Both the position numbers and the translations under genes were made by a program. A DNA stretch of 63,847 nt, filler included, from Collodictyon triciliatum (lineage: Eukaryota), in NCBI GenBank assembly GCA_043381765.1. It is 16 parts of 16 records of this genome, joined end to end, with 100 filler letters (N's around TTAATTAATTAA, not from the genome) between each part and the next. Parts side by side here need not be neighbours in the genome. Positions count along the whole stretch, not along the records: positions 52,955 to 56,923 come from JBHJMP010006656.1; positions 57,024 to 60,990 come from JBHJMP010006657.1; positions 61,091 to 63,847 come from JBHJMP010006678.1; 13 more parts are not named here. One strand, given 5' to 3'. Below are positions 53,236 through 63,847 of the stretch, piece by piece. Numbering within the stretch: position 1 is the stretch's first letter; the number at the start of each line of letters is the position of its first letter. Under the pieces are notes generated by a model. The model did not search any database. It worked only from the letters and a program-made list of their open reading frames with translations, and had not been told where the DNA came from.

Positions 53236-56200
53236 ACAAAAAGAAACATCTTCTGAATTCCAAACATGTTTGAATGCTCAACCTCATCATCAAAAGATTG
53301 CATTAAACTCCTTAATCAAAGACGTAGAGGTAATACTAAATCGTGGGCTCTTTAATATAAAACGGGTTGCCTCCTTTGTTACATCCAAATCTTAATGATA
53401 AACCAAAATTTTGCCTGTGACTTTTTGACAGATATTCTATGCATCAATATTTACCAACAAAAATGCCAAAAAAGCGGCATCTGAACTTCGCTTTAAGCAT
53501 CAAGAGCAGGAGAATGATGAGCATGTAACTCCACAATATTTATTAACTTTTTTTTACTTTTTTTTTTTTACTATTTACTATTTTACTTCATTATTTTAAG
53601 AGGTTGATCGTCATACTTTTCAAATTAAAAACATTCTAGTCTCTTGTCAAGGCTGGCTTGTTCATCGGAGCATCCTTATCATTAGCCACTAGTGTATTGT
53701 TAACATTTTTCGGCACAGACATTTTTTCAAGAGCAGAGCTTGTGGATGTATGTTGAAAAAATACCATCACTCTACTTTATATATGCGACGGTGACATTGT
53801 GTCCTTCATTCAAAAAAATATTATTAACTGTTTTTGCTTACCTCCAGCAATATCAATTTTTTTCCCTTTATTCGAAATCAATTTCAAATTTCAATTTTAA
53901 AAACAGGTACTATATGTTTACCGCGGCATATTTGTGATTTTGCTTATGGGCTTCTTATTTTCAGTTGACTGTTTGATTTGGTTTCATCACCGAATAAATT
54001 ACAGCTTGATACTTGACTGTAATCCACAGACTCCACTTCAATTAAATCAGCTATTTGAGGTTTCCATTTATTTTAAATAATATATTAATTTCTGATCAGA
54101 TTGTTATATTAGAAGTGGAACATTATTACTTAAGGATATGCCAAAAGAATTCAAAGAGTTAAAGATAACTAAATTATAGTTGAATGGCTTGCTTTTCCTT
54201 ACGTTCAGCAGCAACCTATATGCGCTAATTAGGCAGATAGAAGGCAATATTTAATAATCTTATTTTTTTTCTTTATTCGATTCAAAGTATTTAATAATCT
54301 TATTTAGCACAAAAACAAAAATTTTTTTATATATTTGACTTCCCCTCAATTACATACCTGGAGCCAATACAGAAAAGGGATGTTTATCTCCACTAAAAAT
54401 TTAAATATTTAGGAACATGGACATGGATTTCAATTGACATACAACTTTACCCTACGATTCTTATAGCATCGCTAGTTTTCATAATTATCCTTCCATTTCC
54501 AATATTCTGTCATCATTTGAGATTTGGCCTGATGAGGACTTTCTTAAACAGCTTCAAGGCCGGTTTCAATAGAGTTGGATTCAGGTGTGTTTATATTCCA
54601 GAACTTAACGGTTTGAACACCAAGCGGGATGAATAAGAGAAATTTGTCTTTACAACAGAGATTTCTTCCTGGCCGACCAGCTAACAAGCTTAATCGTTCC
54701 GATGCAGGTTTATATTGATTTATTCTATCAACTAATCTCTCACTGGTGACATTAATCAGATTCACACACTTATTTCTTCATTTCTCAAACAAATAATTTC
54801 ATAGGATATTGGGTATCTGATATGCCTTTCACAAGAGAAGGGGAAATTAGGTGAGTTAAAAATAAGAAGTCGTCTACGCTTGAAAAATTCAAAACTGATC
54901 AGGGATTATCCTATAGGAAAGTGCGATGAGTCCATGATTCAGATTCCCATCGTGATTGCACTTTTTCCTGCTACAATCCGCCTGGCGCAGTGCTTACGTA
55001 GATTTTATGACACTCGGGAAGCTTATCCTCATTTGGTCAGAAACTGAAATTCTTGTACATACATTAATGATATTTCGTGCAATATCATACACTTATCGAA
55101 TCATGGCGTATAGGTAAATGGGTTAAAGTATGCTGTTACATTTGCTGTTGTTTCTTTCTCAAACTTAAGGCGTGTGTACGGAGGTTTCAAACATTTTGCA
55201 TCATTCATAATATGCTTCAATATTCTCACAATTGGGTTCTTTCGATGATTTTTTTTGGATTAGATACTTTTTTGCCGTACTGGATTTTGTTTGCTTCTAT
55301 CTCCTCAATATATGGATACGTATGGGACATCAAGTATTATTCTGAATATATCTATACATATTTTTTTCTGCAGACTCAATTCGAGTCATGTAGAATATCT
55401 TTATTGATTGAGTTTTTTTCAGAATGGACTGGGGATTTGTTAATCCGAAGAAAAAAGGTTTCCTGAGGGATCATTTGTGCTATGGGAGCAGACATGTTTG
55501 CCAATATACTTATGGCGTCACTCAAATTCATTTTTGCTTGGGTTTTATTCCAACACTTAATGAGTTTATAAATTTAAATTAGAAAGAATACACACTATAC
55601 TGATATATATATATATTCTTTTGCTGACTTTCATGATAGCTATATTATTTTGGTGTGATAGCCAATATGGTATCTCGATTCGTATGGGTCATGCCAGTTG
55701 TATGGAGAAGTGTCAATCAGCCCATCTTCTCAACAGTAGCTTGCCTTATTGAGGTTTTAAGGTTTATTTATCCCAAAATTATTACAAAATACATGCGGGA
55801 ATTTTTATATTGCATATGCCTCTCTTTCTTGGTGGCTGAATTTTGTGGCGATATGCATGTGCCCCGCACTATTACTATGCTGTGAAGTAAGCCTTTAACA
55901 AGATAACTCATCAAAAATTTTATTCATATACCTAAAAGGCGCTTCCAATGGAATTTGTTTCGCATGGAAAACGAGCATCATAACAATTGTATCAATTACC
56001 GAGCAGTAAAATATTCGGATACATTTGACCGATTTATCCATGAAGATGCATCCCGTAAACTTTCGAATTTATTCCCAGTGATTTACAATATACTCCAACG
56101 CTCAAATGTTTAATCTTAATTTAAAATTATATTTTTTTACTTATTTGTCTTAATTCCCAAAAGCTTATCATCTTCAATATACATTTCAACCTTTCTTATC

Positions 56201-56778
56201 TTGAAAGCATTATATCTAACATCGTGAAAATACCTCCAGTTCACACCAATGTAGATACAAAAACTTCGCCACGCCTTGAACCTGTCCCACAGCCATATCG
56301 ACCTATTCGGCACATGAATAGCTCCTCTTTGATTCGTTTGAACCTTGCTGCATCACCTGCCAGGCCTGACCCAGCAACGATTTATATCACGGAGTCACCT
56401 GTAAAGGAACAGAGCAGCTTAAAAGTGGATTCATCACCCACCCATACAACTCCCAGCCTTTTTAACGAAAATATGGAAAATATTGCTGGAAGCCCTTTTT
56501 CATCACCCATGGAGTTTCGACCGCGCCGTTCTGGCTCCTCATCTACCGATTTATCCGGTGTCATTGGGTTGAGGCAACGCACAAACTCGTTCCGATACGC
56601 ACAGCCGCAGAAACCGCCGTACCCGAGCCTATCAGCCATTCACTCTCCCTTTGTCTCATCTCCAGTCCTTGGTTTGACTATATATGACGATGACCAGCAG
56701 GAATCAGACGGAGAGGAAGAACTTGTCGAGAACCCGATGATAGAGCTCATGAATATTCTGCCTGCTGCACGCAGATGA
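53236..56778 (+). CDS. SPX-EXS phosphate exporter family protein (XPR1/SYG1/PHO1-like), 5' truncated, multi-exon
   Basis: EXS motifs RINYSLILD, DFFLADQLTSL, IRLAQCLRRFYDT..YPHL/NGLKY, YGYVWDIKMDWG, SRFVW and EVLRRFQWNLFRMENEH; Ser/Pro-rich last exon. Confidence 0.93.
54248..54305 (-). mobile_element. 22-nt LINE 3'-end micro-insertion (54266-54287) with perfect 18-bp TSD, intronic
   Basis: Minus-strand CTTTGAATCGAATAAAGAAAAA lies between tatttaataatcttattt at 54248-54265 and 54288-54305. Confidence 0.9.
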
Positions 56779-57136
56779 TAAAAAAAAAAAAGAGTCAACA
56801 CTACGGAGATGCACAAACAATTTCTTCTTCTTCTTCTTCTTCTTCTTCTTCTTCTTCTTCTTCTTCTTCTTCTTCTTCTTCTTCTTCTTCTTCTTCTTCT
56901 TCTTCTTCTTCTTCTTCTTCTTCNNNNNNNNNNNNNNNNNNNNNNNNNNNNNNNNNNNNNNNNNNNNTTAATTAATTAANNNNNNNNNNNNNNNNNNNNN
57001 NNNNNNNNNNNNNNNNNNNNNNNCCCCCCCCCCCCCCCCCCCCCCCCCCCCAACTGTCACCCCACACTCAGCTACCGGTTGAATATTTTTTTTTAAAATG
57101 AAATAAAATAAAAACTAATGATAACGCATTATTGCA

Positions 57137-58239
57137 GAGCCAAACAGCAAGTCTGAAGTCGTCGACCGATGATGTTGGTTTTTCCAACTCAGATGTAATA
57201 GACGACTCATGCAGCGACTTGTTTGACGACATCTACCAACCAGAAGTTAAAGTAGACCGTGTTAATATTATGGTACAACCAGAAAGAAACTCAAATACGA
57301 AGTGTAACGAGTCTCTATACAACCCGAAGATGGATTGTGGGTAATGAAAATTTATTCTTGTTGCATCCCTGGTATTCCTTCAGGAAAACTCCCAAAACTC
57401 TAAACACTTGAATATTTGTGTGAGATGCTCATAAAATGTTAGAATTTGTTATCTAGAAAAAGACAACTCAGATGACCTCTTCCAACTGACTTGTTGTAGA
57501 ATGGAAGTCCACCTATCGTGTATCTCCAAGTGCTTAAGTATCCTCTTTTCAATTACCCTCTGAATACCTTAAACAATTTTTTTTTCAATATGGACGATGA
57601 CTTATATTCAAAAGCTATTGCCATGGAATTATTATCGTTTTTTTTTTTTTACACTATATTCTTATTTCTATCCTTACATGATGTAAACCATACATTTTGT
57701 AATATTCAAGTAATTGACTGGCTGTGATGCTTGTTGTAAAGATATGAGGCATATGCAAAAGTCGTGCGTTTCTTGTCTACAACCATACGATGCGCAACTA
57801 GAACAACTCGTTAAACGAGCTTCTACAGAGTCAAATAGAAGGGCACGAAAGCGACAAAAAGGTTGTTTACTTATTTACCAATCTTTATTGGTCGTTTTTT
57901 TTATTCACTTAAATAAAACAGAAAGAGAAAAAGAAAGAGAAACAAAAACAAGAACAAGAACAAAAACAAGAACAAAAACAAAACGACAACTGTTAAGAAT
58001 GAAACCGATATTTGTAATATAAATCTTATATGTACAGACCTCTTGAACGTGCTACTGAAATAAACGCCACCCGAGAATCCCATAAACATACCATGCGAAG
58101 GATTTTGATGTTCTTTCTTCTGATTTATTTATTTTTCATAAATATTTCCAGGGCAATACCCTATTTATCAAAGCGACATACTTATAAAGAAAATTCAATG
58201 ACTTCGCACATCCTTTTTTTTCTTTACCTTAAAAAATAA
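57137..58239 (+). CDS. Hypothetical Cys-rich (RING-like) protein fragment
   Basis: Exon peptides LTCCRMEVHLSC and CDACCKDMRHMQKSCVSCLQPY; exon structure uncertain. Confidence 0.35.
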
Positions 58240-58593
58240 GTAAAGAAATGAAGTAAAATAAAATAAAAGTCTGCTGTTGTGCATCATCTTGCACAAAATC
58301 GAAAGGAAGAATAAAAAAAAAGTCTGCTGGTGCTGTCTCCATGAAGGTATTGACAGCTAAAGCCATTGTCATCTAGCCAAGATGAAGATTTATCTGGGCA
58401 AATGCTTATCTAACACAACCTTTCTTAACACAGTTCAATGTATACATGTATAGATAAACAAATGAAAGTGGCTTCACATAGTGTTTTTTTTTCTTTGAAG
58501 TTTATATATTTTTATTTCTTTAGTATATCCGCATATTCACCCATGTATTTCATCTCGGTTTTCTTTTTCTTTTACGTTAAACAATGGTTTATT

Positions 58594-60835
58594 TTAAAAG
58601 TTGTAAACACAAATCAAATCTTGGGGCATCACTTTCTGCCGGCATATGGGGCACTCCAGCTACGGTTAAGTATCACAATGACCAACCATACTGATGTGCA
58701 TCACTCACGAGTATAAATCAAAATCAAAATCAAAATCAAAATCAAAATCAAAATCAAAATCAAAATCAAAATCAAAATCAAAATCAAAATCAAAATCAAA
58801 ACCAAAATCAAAATCAAAACCAAAATCAAAACCAAAATCAAAACCAAAATCAAAACCAAAATCAAAATAAAATTCAAAATCAGAACCAAAATCAAAACCA
58901 AAACCAAAACCAAAACCAAAACCAAAACCAAAACCAAAACCAAAACCAAAACCAAAACCAAAACCAAAACCAAAACCAAAACCATAGCGTTCAATAGACA
59001 AACCGACCGACTATGAACCTACCTTGGTTTTGCACCATTCTGTGATGCACTTCCAGCAGTAGAGGTGGCCGCACGCAGTCGACGTGGAGCACTTTCTCTT
59101 CTCCAGGCACAGGCTGCAGCTCTTGTAGCTCTCCTCCTCCCCAGACTCACCATCGGAACTATGAATCCCGCAAGAGCAGAGCCCGGTAAGAGCAAAGTTA
59201 AAAGCCCACGTCTCAAATCAAAAAGGAGGGAAAAAGAGAAAAAGAGGAGGGAAAGAAGGGAAAAGAGAAAAGAAACAACTGACTCAATAATATCACTTGA
59301 AGAAAGGCAGATAGACGTTAAGGAAGGCCATCATCCACCACATTGGGCAGAAGTCACATACTCCGATTCGCCATGCTGCTCCTCGTGATGCGGGGGCTGC
59401 GTCAAGGCTGCAGCTGTCCTCATCAGGAATGCAGAAGAAGAGAAAAGCAGCTGAATCAGCAGAAACACCCCCAGGATACCGTACCCTGCCTCGGGCTGCG
59501 TGATTTTCCGGTTCATGATCTAGTGTGCATATGTGTATTTGCGTAGAATTTGTTTAGAAAACAGTCTCGCGTGGGCCTGGCAGGCTGCTGAAGAGCGCTT
59601 ACGTAGCGGGTCCCGCTGACTCTCTTTGATAGTTCGTAGTAGACGCCTGTGTGTAGAAATCCCCGTGCGTGGGTGCATGTGAATGAGAGTGGGCAGTTAA
59701 TTGGGCGGCAGATTGTGTCGTCTGCATTGTGCGAACATGGGCTATCTTTTTGTCTTTTGTTTGTGTGTTCTTTTATCTGTCAATTATATCGTACCCGTGA
59801 AGTAGAAGACTGCAAGATGATACTTTTGCACAAAGTCCATGATGTCATCGGATCGGTTCAATAGGTTCTCCAGAAGCACATAAACACGGCCGTCTGGACC
59901 GCCTGCGATAAAGACAGGCAAGAAGTGATTTCATTTTATTTCCATATTTTTACAGCTATCTTCTATTTCTTTTTCTTGTTCTTTCTTTTCAAGGATTATC
60001 TTCTAGATCGGTTTGTGCAGGAAAGAAAAATGCGTTGGCCTTAAAGTTGGTTGTTCCTATTTCACACAACGACCAAATAACAAAGAAAAGAAAAAAGGAA
60101 ATAGGAAAAAGGTGGACTCGGGTTTAGTTACTGACCTTGTCTCATCATGCATATGTTCAAGAGGCGTGCTTTTGAGCGGGCGAGGATATAAGGGACCATC
60201 ACTTGCCAAAAGACCAGCTTTGTGCGATGCCTGCCTCGTACCAAGCCGAATCAGTATGTGAAAAGCTGTTGACAATATCACGCTCTGAAAAGAATGGTCA
60301 TACGACATAGTAGGGCTGCGATAGTGTTGTGTCACTTGGACAATGTCACAATACTCCTCTCCAAGCGTCTGGGTCCCTAGTGGGACATCCAAAAGTGCTC
60401 GTGGTCAGGCGACAGAAGGAAAGGAAAGGAAAGGAAAGGAAAGGTAATGGCCATATAGTAGGCCAAATGAGATAGAAGAGAAGAGAGGAAAAGGAAAAGG
60501 AAAAAAGACAGAGAAAAGAGAGAAAAAAAGAGAGAAATACCGCGGAGAGTAGTGAGTGCGTAGTAGATCAGCTCGACAGCGACTTTGATCTCCTGCTGGA
60601 AGCGCTGCAATGAGTGGGCGCGCTGTGTGCCGAGGAGGCGATGGCTCAGCTCGTTGACGGTGCGATGCAGGGAGTGCAGGTAGAACGCGTCCTTTTCCAC
60701 GGCTCGTAAGATGTTTGGCTGTGCCGCAGATCCAAACATATTTGGTGGAGCTCGTGCAGCTCGTGCGCCACTTGCGCCTGCTGCCCCGCTTCTTTGCAGG
60801 GCTCCGGCTGGGGAGTTGGAGGAGACGCTACTCAT
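58594..60835 (-). CDS. PEX10: Peroxisome biogenesis factor 10 (Pex2/Pex12 N-domain plus RING), multi-exon
   Basis: [112 protein letters not shown]. Confidence 0.95.
58716..58984. repeat. (AAATCA)n/(AAACCA)n microsatellite, representative of many simple repeats in the window
   Basis: Other tracts: (AAT)n at ~4663, 6784, 18672, 19875, 28336, 32232, 60898; (GAGTAAAT)n at 5555-5627; (AAAAAC)n at 14266; (AAC)n at 14529; A/G tracts at 24453-25000; (TTTG)n at 25573; (AAAG)n at 16307 and 46280; (GGAAAGGAGA)n at 62965-63200. Confidence 0.95.
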
Positions 60836-60893
60836 GTGTGCGAATTGTGTCGGCGGCTGAGTCTGATCAGTCTTCCTTTCCTTTGGTTTCACG

Positions 60894-60990
<97 letters not shown>

Positions 60991-61423
60991 NNNNNNNNNN
61001 NNNNNNNNNNNNNNNNNNNNNNNNNNNNNNNNNNTTAATTAATTAANNNNNNNNNNNNNNNNNNNNNNNNNNNNNNNNNNNNNNNNNNNNTCTACTTTTT
61101 TTTTTTTAACGATAGTTGCCCCGTACAATGGTGAGCACATATGCTAGACAATATAACGAATATAACTCACTTACGAAACTGTAGTAGATGTGACACGCAT
61201 TTAAACGCAGACGCAACAGCACCAACCAGCGATGCAAGAAGCGCCCCAACATTGGTTTCTTCCAGTGTCCCTAATGAAGAACACAAAAGGAGATTAGTTC
61301 AGCCTGGCTATCAACAACATCATCAACATCAACACCAATATTAACATCGACACCAAAACCATCACCAACCATTACCAGACACAGATACTCGCGCCACCAC
61401 CAACCAGAGGGAATCTTCTGCAA

Positions 61424-61795
61424 ATGACCGGCCAAACATCGGCATCATCCATGGTGCCGGTAATCAATGTGGAGAGCCAATCGACTTCGCCGTCAATCAG
61501 CCATAACAACTCTGTCTTTTCTGCAAGTGCCGGGCGCGGCGATTGGCACGGACAGGACGCTGCAGGGGCGAATGATGAGGACTATTCTGTCCACAACATC
61601 AGCTCGTACTCGTCATTTCGGCTCGATCACGGCTCCTCGCAACGCATCTCGCCCCGAACGTCGTCCTTCCTGTCAACAAACCGCCACGAGTCGATCATGG
61701 TGAATCCACGCATAGATGAGAATGATGCGGAGTCCCCACAAGCGGCGACATTCGCACCCACACGGCCAAGCGATGAGGCTTGTGATGTGGAGTAG
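61424..61795 (+). CDS. Probable terminal exon of an unidentified Ser-rich protein
   Basis: GC-rich 123-codon ORF ending in TAG just before AT-rich sequence; no motif recognised. Confidence 0.35.
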   Translation: MTGQTSASSMVPVINVESQSTSPSISHNNSVFSASAGRGDWHGQDAAGANDEDYSVHNISSYSSFRLDHGSSQRISPRTSSFLSTNRHESIMVNPRIDENDAESPQAATFAPTRPSDEACDVE

Positions 61796-63366
61796 AACCC
61801 AATCAGTTTTATTTTTCCCTCTCCAAAAAAAAAAAAAAAACTCTGTAATACCACGTTTTCTTTCTTTTCTGAGTTCTCTGCCAAAGAGATGAATATATTA
61901 TATGATTACTTCTGCTATTTATGGTGGTAATGATGATAATAATGCCAGTAATAGTGAAAAATATGAATATATAAATAAAACAGAAATGAATAATACGGTT
62001 GGTAGCGTCATATTAGCCTGTTTGTGAAACATTATAAATCAAAATAAATACGCACATATGATGAAGTCACATAAAAAAAGGAGTAACATAAAACAGCATC
62101 AATACCACACCTGTGATAAAGCAAGATGAGAAGACAAGCAGCGGCGCAGCGACAAGTGAATAATTACGCCAACCTTCCCTTCCCACAATCTTTAACGGAA
62201 GGTATTCGAAGTTTTTGCAGTGCCATGATTTGTAGTGGGCCTTTCTACGTCTACACATATTTAATTATTAGAATATTTGTTTATGCGAATAAATGCATAG
62301 CAACTCAAGTGGGCAAATGAACGATTATTTCGACATTGAATTCATATGAAAAAAAAAAAGTTTCTTTTTTAATCAAGCCGTGTTGTCATTAACTCTCAGA
62401 CAGGCGAGTTCTTCTAGGCAGGATATTTCTGTCGGCATATGTGTTCGCCGATTACCGATATACAAGAATTGAGAGTTGTTAAAAAAAAAAAGAAGAAAAA
62501 ACACAGAAAAAGAAAGAAAAGATCTTTCCATCAGCAAACAGGACAACAGATTATTGGCCGCATCAGCGAACATAAAGATTATCAGATATATCTCTGGGAG
62601 CAGCAATCATGGCCCATGAGTAATGCGCAGCGCGACCAGGCGAGTGAGCAAAAAGAAAGCGGGCGGGACACACGACATATAGGCAAGTCCAAGACTCGAT
62701 ATCACGCGGCTTCCAAGAGCAAAGATGCCCGTATTCCCAGTGATGCGACGCAGTTCTCCGAGGATGGTGTCATACCTTGACGTTGTGATGCCCGTGTGAA
62801 ATACAGAGATGCTGGATATATTTTTGTGTGTTGTCTGGGTGATGGAGTTTGATGATGTGCTTGTGTGACATGGATGCTGCAGACCATAGTGTATACGCGC
62901 GTCTGGATGACTTTTAGATAGTATAGGGAGTACGGATTGGGGGTTATTGAAAAGAGACGTTGCAGGAGAGGAAAGGAGAGGAAAGGAGAGGAAAGGAGAG
63001 GAAAGGAGAGGAAAGGAGAGGAAAGGAGAGGAAAGGAGAGGGAAGGAGAAGGAAAGGAGAGGAAAGGAGAGGAAAGGAGAGGAAAGGAGAGGAAAGGAGA
63101 GGAAAGGAGAAGGAAAGGAGAGGAAAGGAGAGGAAAGGAGAGGAAAGGAGAGGAAAGGAGAGGAAAGGAGAGGAAAGGAGAAGGAAAGGAGAAGGAGAAG
63201 AAGGGAAGTTTTACTTCGTCCAAGGAGTGTTTGGTTTGGAGAGCATATGCAACTCTATCATATCAATCGCACATGCTGATTCGTAGACCTGGCTGTCATT
63301 AAGCCTCGCTGAAAGGCCAGAGAATGCCGTGGGATTTGATTTCATGGCAATTATGATTATCTTTAT

Positions 63367-63600
63367 TTAAACTTGGAAGAGGCCAGAGACAGATTCACCA
63401 AAGTTGCAGCGGCGAATGGTTTCTCCGACAAGCGTGGCCACTGATATCTGCTTGATGATGGACGGTATGGGAACATCCTTTTGGAGTGGGATAGTGTCAG
63501 TCACAACAAGTTGCTCCAGACAGGACTTCTCTATGCGCTCGAGGGCTGGTCCGGATAGCACGGCGTGGGTGATGATTGCGTAGACTCGCTTAGCCCCAGC
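63367..63600 (-). CDS. PRPS: Ribose-phosphate pyrophosphokinase, last exon
   Basis: After the acceptor cctag: AGAKRVYAIITHAVLSGPALERIEKSCLEQLVVTDTIPL..ISVATLVGETIRRCNFGESVSGLFQV*. Confidence 0.95.
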   Translation of the reverse strand, partial: AGAKRVYAIITHAVLSGPALERIEKSCLEQLVVTDTIPLQKDVPIPSIIKQISVATLVGETIRRCNFGESVSGLFQV

Positions 63601-63847
63601 CTAGGCAAGGGATGACGCGCGTTGTGTTAATCGAATAGTGAGTAAATGTGTCCGTGAGGCATCTGTTAGTCTTGCAGAGTAAAAAAAAAAAAAAAAAAAA
63701 AAAAACCTATCCATTTTTTTTTTTTTAATGACATGCCTTTTTTTTTTAACAGAGGAATAGTGAGACAATTCTTTGGTCTTGAGTATAAAGTCTCAGGGAC
63801 TCTGGGTTCAACCCCATGGTTATCTCCAGAGCAAATATCAAAATCTC

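Overview
Eukaryotic genomic DNA, not prokaryotic. The window is 16 short contigs (about 3.97 kb each, roughly sorted by length; the last is cut off by the window end) joined by an artificial 100-nt linker (N44-TTAATTAATTAA-N44), so nothing can be inferred across linkers. The DNA is AT-rich, intron-dense and full of microsatellites. Gene content suggests a flagellated protist with peroxisomes: ROPN1L/RSP11-like, CFAP47-like, CSPP1-like, MORN repeat, PEX10, a plant/archaeal-type TOP6B, importin-9, an SPX-EXS (XPR1/PHO1) protein, a PAK/STE20 kinase, PRPS, a DUF836 glutaredoxin-like gene, a cytochrome-b5-domain protein, a multi-SH3 protein and tRNA-Asp(GTC). Main points of interest: (1) a decayed Fanzor (eukaryotic TnpB-like RNA-guided nuclease) gene followed by a hairpin-dense candidate omegaRNA; (2) three ultra-short (20-28 nt) insertions of one LINE 3' terminus, each flanked by an 18-bp target-site duplication, plus a ~400-bp parent copy; (3) a ~50-copy modular 54-bp satellite with structured DNA upstream; (4) a ~3.4-kb duplicated segment carrying a decayed LRR-GTPase (Roco-like) gene. 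All family assignments come from motif recognition by eye; no searches were run.
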